A stretch of DNA of 64,000 bases, taken from positions 1 to 64,000 of the forward strand of contig NW_019029017.1 in NCBI RefSeq assembly GCF_002105155.1. Direction: 5' to 3'. The DNA comes from Lobosporangium transversale (taxonomy: Eukaryota). The position numbers and the translations under genes were made by a program. Shown piece by piece: positions 1-11,173 of this stretch (the stretch's first letter is position 1; each line of letters begins with the position of its first letter). Under the pieces are notes generated by a model that saw nothing but the letters and a program-made list of their open reading frames with translations, was not told the origin of the DNA and did not search any database.

Positions 1-2201
1 AATCCTGAGGAGCAAGCGCTTTTTGATCAGTTCCAACAATTAGTCAAGGAGTTCCAGGATGTTATCCAGAATAACCCACAGCTTGTGTCCCTCGCCGGAA
101 GTATCATGAATAAGGTAATAATGAGTAATGCTCGTATTATAATAGTATAAAGAGTATAAAGTTAGCATTTTATGCTTTTCATCTATTCTAATATACTCTG
201 TAAACATTCTTTATCGCCTACTGATAGATTTTAAGCAATGTCAAAGTGAATGTCGAATCGTTCGCAGACTACTTGCAAGAGCAGGCCCAGACTGTTCAGG
301 GTTCTGCCTCTCAGGCTGTCAATCAGGCGCAAGAGGCAGCTTCACGCGCTGCAGCCCAAGCCCAAGAAGCTGCTATTCAGGCTGCTGCTCAGGCTGCTGC
401 TCAGGCTGCTGCTCAGGCTAAAGAGGCAACAGCCAAGGCTAATAATCAATATAAAATCCCTCGGTTCCATGAACTTCGTCAACACCATGCTAACCGCCCC
501 AAGCATCCATTTGGCTATAACCATGGTTACCGACATAGTATGTTTGGATCCGCAATGCCAGGTATGCCACCTGCACGCCCTGTAGCTCCTATGCCTCCTA
601 TGCCTCCTATGCCTCCTATGCCTCCTATGCCTCCCATGCCTCATATGCCTCATATGCCTTATATGCCGCCAATGCCTTCTATGTCTACAGTCTTCCCGAT
701 CCCCCCTCTGACCCCGGTTCCACCGCCTGCAATGCCTTTGTTCCCTTCAGTTCCGTTTATGAACTCATCTACAGAGGCCAACTCTTCTTCTGGACTTGGA
801 CGGAGTAAAAGTATCCATACCTCCAAGCCTTCGCCATTTTCGAAGAATTTCCCATTCAGCAACGCATTGCCAAAGGCAGACAGATCATTCACCATCAAGA
901 CCCCTCGCTCTCCAGTGTCTAGCGACTCGGAGGCCAAAGAAGAGATTAACTCTGTCAAACTTGGAAAGACTAAGGCTGTGGATGCCGAAACTGACTCTAA
1001 TGATGAAATATCGTCGTCTTCGAGTTCGTCCTCATCTTCGGCTTCGTCCTCGGCTGCATCGATGCCGGGCTCCTTCCCAAATAATCCACCAGAGATCCGT
1101 GTCAAGCCTAGATATGTCTGGGCGCCTCTCCCTGATCATGCCCAAACATCCGGTCAGCCCACCAAGTATGGTTGGGTGTGGAGCGATAAACCTCACGAGG
1201 ATGATATTAAACCCTATGTACCAAAGGCACCGGAGCCCAATCCCAGGAAAACGTGGGTCTGGGGACGTATGCCTGATCATGACCGAAAACATCTTCCTCC
1301 TTTGGAACGTGCCAGATACGGCTGGGTGTGGGGCACTGAGGCCGAAGTGGCCGAGGCTGACGCCAAAGCTAATGAACGCGATGCTGCGGAACATGCTGAG
1401 ATTAAGGCACGTGAAGCTGAGGCCGAAGCCAAGGTGCGTGAAGCTGAAGCGGAGGAGAAGGCACGCGAGGCTGAGGCTGAGATTAGGGCACGTGAAGCCG
1501 AGGTATCAGAACCTGCACCCTTGTACACCTCATCAAATGATGCAGGTTCAACACCTGGTTCGCTCCCGGGCAGACCATCCGACTTTGGTTCATTCCATAG
1601 ACCTGGTACCAACTCAGGCTCTGGGTCCAGTAGTGGAGCTTCCACAGCCGATGCGGCTGAAAGACTCAGGCGCCGTCAGACAGTGCATGAATTCAGCCAG
1701 CAAGAAGATGAAGATGAAGAAGTCGAGAATGCGAATAGTTCTTTTTATAACAGTCAAGGGCTTCAGGACCAAATGAGAAGATTCCAGACTTTGAAAGCTC
1801 GTAGGGCCGGAAGGCAAAATTGCTTTGGTACCTTTATCGATGGAACTGCTGCCTCATCACGGCCTGTTGTAGGTGGCGGCAGTCTGGCTGATATTTGGCC
1901 AGGTCCAGCAGTATCTTCGGCAGAACCCTCTCGCTCTCAAGTCAACGTGCCGACAACCGTCCATTCATCCAATCCAAGGCAGACAACAGTCCCAAGAACC
2001 GAGCCTGTGCAAGATAGGACAGCCAGACCATTGAGCACAGCAACAGATGATATGAACCCGTTTGCGGATCCCAATGAATTTGAGCAAGAAATCCGGACGT
2101 TGATCGACATGGGTTTCCAGGACACGCCCGCATTCCGAACAGTTGTGCGTGATTTTGGAGGAGAGTTGGAGGCGATTATTGATTTTTTGATCAAACATTA
2201 G
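1..2201 (+). CDS. 5'-truncated low-complexity protein with C-terminal UBA-like domain (possible ubiquitin adaptor)
   Basis: Exon <1-114 (NPEEQALFDQFQ...IMNK), GT-AG intron 115-227, exon 228-2201 in frame. C-terminus FEQEIRTLIDMGFQD...FGGELEAIIDFLI has the MGF loop typical of UBA domains. QAAA, PPM and EAEAxxRAR repeats; NPF motif just before the UBA. Confidence 0.7.
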
Positions 2202-3160
2202 ATCAGATCCGTTTTCTGATTTTTTTTTTTTATTTTGGAAAATGATTGCTGATTGCAATTGATTTGCAGCACTATTCGATCCTTCAATAGTTGTTTATTT
2301 CTTTAGTCTTGACAGAAATGATATGAAATAAAGAAAAAATGATTCGAATAAAATTGCTCCTTAAATTTTTTTTTTTCTCAAAAAGGGTCTTTGGAAATTT
2401 GGAGAGATAGGAGACCATCCTGGTTGCCAAGGGACTCTTTGCTTTGTTTGTTCCAACACGAACCAAGTGCAAATTGTGTTTTTTTTTTTTTGAATCCACC
2501 ACTGTAGATATTTAACATCTCGCTATTAAAGAGAGAAGGAGAGGTTCATGTAGAATAGCAGTTCATCATGACAGGATCAAAGACTATTTGGTACAACAAG
2601 ATCATGGCTGAGTCAAAGCTCAAGAATGATTTCTTAGGGAGTCTCCAAGCATGGTATCACGCCTTGTTTAAGAAAAGAACCCTGGATGGGCGATAAATCA
2701 CGGGCAAGAATGGACCTAAATAAGCATAGCAGAAATAGAAGTATCGCTCCGTGACTCCGTGTTGGATGCCTTGAATACGAATGGCATTCGGTGTGAGAAT
2801 GTTATGTCTGTTAAGAGTATTTTGTGGTAGCGACAATAAAACAGGTTCTTTCTACCCGAGTTTGTCATCACTTTCTCTTAATACTCTGATCTGACTGATC
2901 AGCAGTGATTCCCAAGGATTGGCCCTTTTTCTCTTTATATCCCTTGTTGTGCCTTTACGACCTTTTTTATCATTTTTATTTTTATTTTTTAATCTCCTTT
3001 ACATTTCCATCGCCTTGTTGGCCTTTCACCATTTACAGCTTATTTGTATCGATTACTTGGGCCTGCTCTCCCCATTTTTGACTATTTACTTAATAACTAT
3101 TCACTAATAACGACAGCAATCAATACCCTCCACAACAAACGCTCAGCATAAACAAAAGCC

Positions 3161-5031
3161 ATGACGTCCCATCAATCCGGCTCAACTAGAGCCTATGACT
3201 TTGATTATCACAACAATAGTTATAGCCGTGAACAATCTCCTGTCGATCTACACCGCAATAGACACAAAGGCCCCAAAGCGCTAAAGCCATCACAGCTACA
3301 ACATATAGACAGTGATCCAAATGTGAATACCCTCAGTAATTACAACCTCATCCAAAAGCCTGATAGGTTTCTCAAAGTAGAAGAAGAGCATGTCGGAGGT
3401 ATGGATAGATCTTTATACAAGACGAATGCTACATCAAAGGATATCACAAACCTAGACATGGGTATAGCTGGATTTCACCGGGATAAGAACGATGATGGTC
3501 AAGGTAACCTTGTAGGAGCCATTAATATCGCTGAGCACTGTCGACGGAATACGGCTACACCACCCCCATTCCAACACCAACGAATCCAACATTCTCGCAG
3601 CCATTATGGATATGATCTCCTTCAAAAATTGAACCGACAAGAACAACAACAACAGGAAGCGCAATACAGCTCTACTCGGCAAGAGAGCACGGATTCCCAA
3701 TCGACAGCTATGATGCATCACGATCGAGATAAGGAAACTTCAAGGTTTACACCCTCGCCCACGGCAACCTCGATGAAGTCACGGCCCAATGGCATGTCGT
3801 CGAGTGCAGAAGTAGCCAACACAACCAATAACTCTGTAGGATCAAAATTCCTAGAGCAAACAAACTTCACGCCATTTCAGTCGCAGACGCCTCCGCAGCA
3901 ATTTCAGCATGATACAAGAAATCGATCAGGATCCGCTCCATCTAAAATTATTCAGCGGACATCTACTTTCCCAACCACATCTATGCCATCTATGCCTATA
4001 TCTGTCTCTGTACTGCTTCCTCCATCACCTCGTGTTCAACAACAACAATTTCCATCTCCTGGTAGGAGCGTGATTTCGGACATTCAGTGTGATGTTTCTT
4101 TGCCTACAAAAACTAGGTGGGAATATGACGAGAGCATCAGTCCGATAGCCTCCACTCCTGACCAGGAACATTTCCACTATACCAACGAGACCAATAATAG
4201 CAATATCAGTCATGCTAGTAAACGAGAAGATAGTAGCGAAACCGGATCGCGCCCTCATACACCTCAACGATCATCCTCCATCTTTGACTTCTTACGGTTC
4301 CGTAAATTCTCTATTCCCAAGAGCAGTTCCCAACATCATCAGGCAGCCGCACAGGTCGCGTCTGTCGTCAATGCTACTTCGGCCGCAAGCACCTCAGGCA
4401 GTCCTGGAAGGAAGGCAAATTTTCCCCTCCTGGACGCTCCGCCTCCGATAGCTAAGAGTAGGATGAGTGGCCTGTCTTTTGGTTCTCTGATCCCACAACC
4501 AACTAGGAAACAATCTTTGGATGCTCAGGCCATGAACGTATGTCAGACTAGAGCCGCCCATACCAGCAGTAGCCAAGGGCTAATCACGCCAGGAGGGCCA
4601 ATCTTATCCTCCGTATCTGCTCCTTCAATATCTGATTCAGGATGGTATTTGCCTCCAACACAAATACATTCCTTAGCAGACCATGCCCCTTCCTTTAATA
4701 CAGGCGCCACTACCACTCCAGTATTAGCAATGACAGCATCGCCAACATCAACGCCAGTACCGACCCCTGTTGCTAAACCACAATCGACGTTATCTAAAGT
4801 CGCAGCAGCGGTTGCAAGTGTAACTGTTGGGAAGCGTCGACCGTCTGTGGTAAGTGGGATCGAGCCAGGAAAAGATTCATCTGTGCGGCATCAGTCCATA
4901 GCGGGATATAAGACTAGTGGATACGATTCTCATCGGTCTTCAGTGGGTTCTTCATGGCTCGGACACGGACATGGTCCAGGACTAGATCAGGAGCAGCTGA
5001 GCCATCATGTTATTTATATGAAATCCGAGGT

Positions 5032-5062
<31 letters not shown>

Positions 5063-5702
5063 ATACAAAACTCTTCAGGCTGATAAGTACTGACTGTAGG
5101 TTCTTTTTATTTTTTACTTATACTCACTCTACCGACATATTATGGATCATGGCTTGTGCGTCTGCTTTGTCACACAGAGGAGTTTACCAGAATTGCAGGG
5201 ATATATTGAGACGCTGTACCACACAATTCTCAATAAGAATATGACCCTTGAGCATTCTAAAAAGCAAACCTCGGCCTTACAAAAAGAGCTGGGGCAGACA
5301 TACTTGAAAGCGGATGAAGAAAGGCAAGCGCTGACAAAGGAACTTGACCAGACTAAGGAGAAGATTGCGACCATGGAAAGGAACTTTCTATTATGGAGAT
5401 CTAAGGTCCATAGTGACCAGCAGGCTCAGCAAGAGGATTTTTTTCATGAGCGAATCGTTAAGCAAGATCGCGTATGTTGCTTTCTTAAGCGTCGTTATAT
5501 TTTATTTTATATGTCCCCAAGTACTAAAGTTCCTCACTCCCTTTTTTTTTGTAGATTGAAAAATTGGAGGAAACATTGAGTAATTCACAAGAAGAGGCGA
5601 TGAGGCTTCGAAATCGCTTACTCTCACTCGAATATGACAATAGTTATGTTGGCCTGACTGCTTTTTTACCCGGCAACTCTGACACGAACAATAATAGTAA
5701 TG

Positions 5703-5738
<36 letters not shown>

Positions 5739-6428
5739 GTAATAGCATTAATAATAGCGAGGATAGTTTTTTCAGTGAGGATACGATTCAAGATAGTGGC
5801 AGCCCATCAGTGAATCCCTCGATCGGATATGGCCCAATAACTATAGCGGCCCACAAACGTCGCTCAGATGATTCCAGGATTATGGAGAGGAAATCTCAGG
5901 CATTGGAAAACCAGGTCCATGATCTGAAACGCTTATTAGAAACAGAAAAGCAGAACCGACAGCGCGATCTAATGGAGTTTCGTAGGAAGATGCATGAAAA
6001 ATGCGCCAAGCTCGAACGAGAGCTCCAAGCTGCAAAGGTGAGCTTTTTTTTTTTTTTTTTTTTTTTTTGTAGACACTTTACATCAGTGTTGAATTTCTTA
6101 AAGCTTCAAAGACTGAATTGCTTTTATTTTATTTTATTTTTATTCTTATTTTTCTTCATTAATCCAGATGGAGTCACTTATGTATATGGAAATGATGCAT
6201 GAGATCGTGACAGAAAATGACGACTTACGACAAAAAGTCAAGGAGGCAAAACGCAAGGTCCGTCGCCAAGGAAATAGGAACCAAAATAGCCAAAGTAATA
6301 GTGGTTGCGGTGGTAGTGATGCTTCACAATGCAACGAAAGTATCTCGGATAGCGGTAAGAGCAAATTCCGAAACGATAACTTTAGAAGCAATGTAAGCGA
6401 GGATGGAACGGGAGAGATTATTGTTTAG
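3161..6428 (+). CDS. Hypothetical protein, Ser/Thr/Gln-rich N-terminus and C-terminal coiled coils
   Basis: Phase-compatible exons about 3161-5029, 5178-5471, 5555-6037, 6168-6428 joined by GT-AG introns. Heptad-like segments (LQKELGQTYLKADEERQALTKEL; LENQVHDLKRLLETEK). Poly-Asn from (AAT)n at about 5703-5735. Confidence 0.65.
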
Positions 6429-6628
6429 TTTAATAACTGTTACCAACATTTTTTTTTATTCCCAGGCTCATTGTGAACGCGTTTCTGACCAATCAAAATG
6501 TACTATTTCCATTCGCCCATTGTTGAACGTTGTGATCAGCACGCAAAATAAATCTCAAGATTTTTTTTTTTTTTTCCTCCCCTTCTCTGCATCCCTCTCC
6601 ATTTCCCTGATACGATCTTCAAACAGAA

Positions 6629-8029
6629 ATGCCGCAATTCGATTCTGTTCCACTTTCTTCGACAATCACTCAGGAAATTGACAGCAATAATGGCTATGAA
6701 GATGATGATGATAATGAAGATGATAGCTTGGAGGAACTGAACCAAACAAGTCCAAGTAATGCGAACAACCTGGAGGAACAACTGGAAGGCGGAGACAGGC
6801 ATAAGGACCTATACCATATGAGTAGTAACAATGACGACCCTTACATTACAGTCGATAATGGCGTAGATAAAGACATAGACAGTGACGACTATCACAGTGT
6901 GAGATACAACTATGTCGGTGCTGATGATAATAATAATGACGATAGTATTGATAATAGCCATAATGGCGGCGATGAAGATGGTAGTGGTGATGGTGATACT
7001 GACTCTGGGAATACGTACGAAGGGCTCCAATCAGAAGACGAAAGGGACGAAAATTACAGTGCAGAGGATCCTATCTATGTGGCAGATATCTTGCGACAAT
7101 GCAACATTGACTGGCTACAATATCCCGAGTATGCAAGTCATCGGTTGATCGTCGTAAAAGACATGCAAAGAGAGGATAACCATTCGGAGTTACAGCAGCA
7201 TAGAATATCGACATTTCAGCAAGGCCAACGCCAAAGTGAAGGCGAATGCAATCACAATCATCAGCAACAACTCACAACAGAGCTTCAATCACAACTTCCA
7301 CAACATCAATCCAACGACAGCGACGGTTTTTACTACTGTTATGTGATGGCTCAGTTCTTATCATCTGCCTCTGCAGTCTTTCGCGATTTTTTCCTTGTGC
7401 ACAGAGAAGATAGTTCCAACAATGAAGAAATCAATCACAATCGTCTAAATTGTCTAAGATGGATCCCGGAATCAGAAGCTTGCCAGATCCCATTCCCATT
7501 AGAGCAATCGCCAGGCCTCAGTCGCGAACAATTGCGACAGCCACAGCCACCATCATCACCACTTGCGTCCAACGTCATGGGTTTACTAAATTCGAAAGCC
7601 TACAAGGGCCTGGATGGCCAACAAGGCGAGAGCAGAAACAGCAGCAACAGCAACAATAATGGCAATAATAATAGCAATAACAACGAAAGAGAGGAAGAAG
7701 GGGAGGAGGATGGTAACTACAGGAAGACCCCATTGTTGGAACTATGTCTTCCATACCCAAACCATTTCGAAGGTCTTCTGCGGGTCATGTATGATATGGA
7801 TCTGGAACGATGGACCCAAGAGAATTTCTCCAGCGATACAATCGGAGAAGTCTTTGAAAATGTTTGTAGACTCGAGTGTTCAACTTATTTGACGCTGCAC
7901 TGTCTCAAGTATTTTGGTGCTATTAAAACAATGATGAGCCGGGAACAATTGGCACGCTCGTCAATGAGGCAGCTGCAAGAAATATATAAGCGGGCTTTGG
8001 ACTCTAATCTGTTGACATTGGACGAATGA
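6629..8029 (+). CDS. Single-exon hypothetical protein with acidic N-terminus and a probable interrupted BTB/POZ-like fold
   Basis: 466-aa ATG ORF. Segments YCYVMAQFLSSASAVFRDFF and LELCLPYPNHFEGLLRVMY resemble BTB consensus elements. Confidence 0.6.
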   Translation: MPQFDSVPLSSTITQEIDSNNGYEDDDDNEDDSLEELNQTSPSNANNLEEQLEGGDRHKDLYHMSSNNDDPYITVDNGVDKDIDSDDYHSVRYNYVGADDNNNDDSIDNSHNGGDEDGSGDGDTDSGNTYEGLQSEDERDENYSAEDPIYVADILRQCNIDWLQYPEYASHRLIVVKDMQREDNHSELQQHRISTFQQGQRQSEGECNHNHQQQLTTELQSQLPQHQSNDSDGFYYCYVMAQFLSSASAVFRDFFLVHREDSSNNEEINHNRLNCLRWIPESEACQIPFPLEQSPGLSREQLRQPQPPSSPLASNVMGLLNSKAYKGLDGQQGESRNSSNSNNNGNNNSNNNEREEEGEEDGNYRKTPLLELCLPYPNHFEGLLRVMYDMDLERWTQENFSSDTIGEVFENVCRLECSTYLTLHCLKYFGAIKTMMSREQLARSSMRQLQEIYKRALDSNLLTLDE

Positions 8030-8199
8030 TGGCGACATTGAGACATTGACGAAATAACATACATAAAATCGACCACTCTTCCTTCCCTCCTTTCTATTCA
8101 TTGTCATTATTATTACTTAACATTTTTCTTTTAAGCGAAATAAAGAAAAAAAGAAAATGCAGATGGATACGTTTTTTTTTTTTTTTTTTTTTTTTGTTT

Positions 8200-9131
8200 T
8201 TAGACCCATAATTTGATGGTCGAGTCCCAGGATGCTGTTGCAACCAGAGATGTCTCATGTGGGTGCCATGCGCAATCAATGACAACTTCGCTATGTGCCT
8301 TGAACTTCTTGTGGACTTTGCATGTCTTCCAATCCCAGACCCAAAGATTGCCCTCTGAGTCTCCAGAGGACAAATACCGGCCATCCGGCGAGAATGAGGG
8401 CTGACAGGCATATCCTGCTACTATATGTCCCGTGAACAGCTTTTTACGGTTTTGACGGAATCGGTCCTTGGCACCGTAGATGAAAATCTGATTGTCAAGA
8501 GATTGACAAGCTAACCATTTCTCTATATTTGTGGAAAGAAGTACAAATATAAACATTAAAATGATTAACATAGATACAGATAGGACGCTAGTATAGAGAA
8601 GGAAAAGAAAGAAAAGTACTTACGGTTCGGACTGAGAGCGACAGCGGGCATGGAATGCATGTCTGGTTCTGCAATATACTTGATCACGACTGGAATATCA
8701 AATTCCCAAGCCCTTAAAGATTTGTCATCTGAGGTGGTTACGAATCGACGGTTTTCATCCACAAATGTAATCGAGTTCACAGCTCCCAAATGTTGGTCAT
8801 ATTCCTGGATAATCTCTCCAGAATTGATATCAAATTGATATATCTTGTGATCAGAACATCCTGCCAAAAAAATATGCTGCTTGTCTCCATCTGGGTTGAA
8901 CTTGACCACATATGGAATCTTTTTGGTTGAAAACGTAGAGATACATTTTCCAGTCTCTGTATCCCAAAGCTTCATGTTGCGATCATATGAAGCACTGATG
9001 AACCTGGTACCGTCATTATTGAATGTGACATCACGGACAGCCTTAGAATGCCCCAAATATGTACGAAGTACACGACGGTCATGGTATACATCCCAAATCT
9101 ACATAGACATCCCCATCATGAAGGGTAAATG

Positions 9132-9177
<46 letters not shown>

Positions 9178-10436
9178 AGCGTTATTACATTAATCTGACC
9201 ATAAAAGAAAGAGGATTCATATTCTCACATTCACGGCAGTCATGCTCCTTACCTTGACTTTTGAGTCCATACTACTAGATAAAAGTAAATGTGCTGATTT
9301 AGGGAAGAACCGGATGGCAGAGACGCCCTTAGTGTGTCCGGTCCATGTATGTAGCAATTTTTTGGGCACAAAACACTCCTTTGACCCCGGTTCACCCAGG
9401 AGATTTACATCGAGGTCCAGAGGCACATGCATATATGTGCGTCCCATGTAATCGTGTTCTTCCTTGCCATGGAAGATGGTTTTTTCGGATCCTGTAGCAA
9501 TGGGTTTGGCAGGCGTGGCTTTGCCTCGCTTTTGATTCTCTTCCTCAGCAGCCTGCACGTTCTTTTCATGCTTCTCACGTTCTTCCTCTGTTGGTCCGCT
9601 CATTTCACCAATGCGCTCTCCTTCATATGCTGCCCATGGTCCTCTATATGCATTCTCGCCTTCAAATTGAGATGGATCGCCACGGGTCTGGCGTTTCCGT
9701 TGGTTTTGGTTATTACGGAGATGTTTTGGTACTTTGTCCCATATTGTAGCGCCTTTATACATATATGCATATAAAAACAGAGAAAAATTAATCATGGTGA
9801 AACATGCCTAACAACATCATAGCGTAAATATGAGAAGATGTAACATAGTGTAACCAGTGAACATGAGCTCTGCCTTACCATCCATCTGCTGTGCTTTTTC
9901 AACATTGCCCACGTAGCCTGTTCCTTCTTTTCCAGATCCGCTCTGTCCATTAGCTGCGACGCTCAAAATACTAGGGTCTTTTGCAAATCCAAACGCGGCA
10001 TATGACTGTTGTTGTGTCTTGAAGTCGATATCCGAGATCATGTTTTCTTCCACATGGCCTGTCCAAACATTCCTGCGGATTTGACTTGTATTAGATGCAA
10101 AGGGATTGGTCGGTCCTTGAATGGGCTGAACCATTGAATCATATGGTAGATTGACTGCAAGCGATGTGTCCGTTGGATTGATATAAATATGACGCGAGTA
10201 ATTTGGGTCCTACGAATGCATGGTGATCCAATACACCCCACCAATATCAAGTAAAGAATTAGGAAAAAGTATTTGAGTATCAACTAATTTTCCATTCTTC
10301 AACTTTGCCTTTTTACCTCCAGACTGACATCGGGCGCGGCATTGGCAATTTTTGCAACCTTGTTAGGTTGCTTCAGTGACGAGTCTTCCTCATTGTCAGA
10401 AGAGCTGGAACCGTATCCATGTGTAATCAAGTCCAT
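8200..10436 (-). CDS. PRP17: Pre-mRNA splicing factor Prp17/Cdc40 (WD40)
   Basis: Exons 10436-10317, 10209-9879, 9752-9253, 9098-8624, 8522-8200. Motifs Yx[86 protein letters not shown]. Confidence 0.95.
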
Positions 10437-10776
10437 CCTGTTAGAATATAAATCTTAAAGTGAAATGGGTTTTGTAATTCGTAATGAGAATAAAAAGCTG
10501 CTCTAGACATGCAAACGAGCTTTGGGTCAGATCTTTTTTTGTGCATAGAGTGATAAGCCACTTTCCGGCACGTGTCATCATTATCCAAAAAGGCCCCAGT
10601 TTAAGTGAAGACCAGCTGGACAATAAACTATGAAACCGTGCTATAAGTATCTTTATTTTTTGTATCCAACTCTTCATCTCTCTTTGTCTTCTTTTTCCCC
10701 ACTTCTCATTCAGACCTCTTCATTTACATTCCACTGGACCCTTTCTTAAGAACCCCCTAATAAAAAAAAAAGAATC

Positions 10777-11142
10777 ATGGCCGTCCCAACTGGTCTCGAT
10801 ATGTTCGAAATTAAACTTCTGGAGCATGGGGTTGCTGTTATTGCATTCAACCGCCCCAAGAGATATAATGCTCTTAACCCTGTTGTCTATGACCAATGGG
10901 GCAAAGCTTTAGAGTGGACTCGTAAATCGGAGGATGTCCGTGCTGTTGTCCTGACTGGCAACGGCAAATATTATTCCTCGGGTCAAGAATTGGGTGTGCC
11001 TGATTCGGATGAAATGGAAGCTGCTGGAGACATGGAAGGGCTCATCAAAAAGAGATCTGTCTTTACTGAGTAAGTTGCCAAACTGGACTTATTTTTGGCT
11101 TTCACTTTAAATGAATAAAGACTAATTAAATTTATCATTTTC

Positions 11143-11173
<31 letters not shown>

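Noticed and set aside
796..1776. 326-aa overlapping alternative-frame ORF
   Set aside because: It overlaps a repetitive, stop-poor coding region, has no recognisable motif and has a composition typical of a shifted frame.
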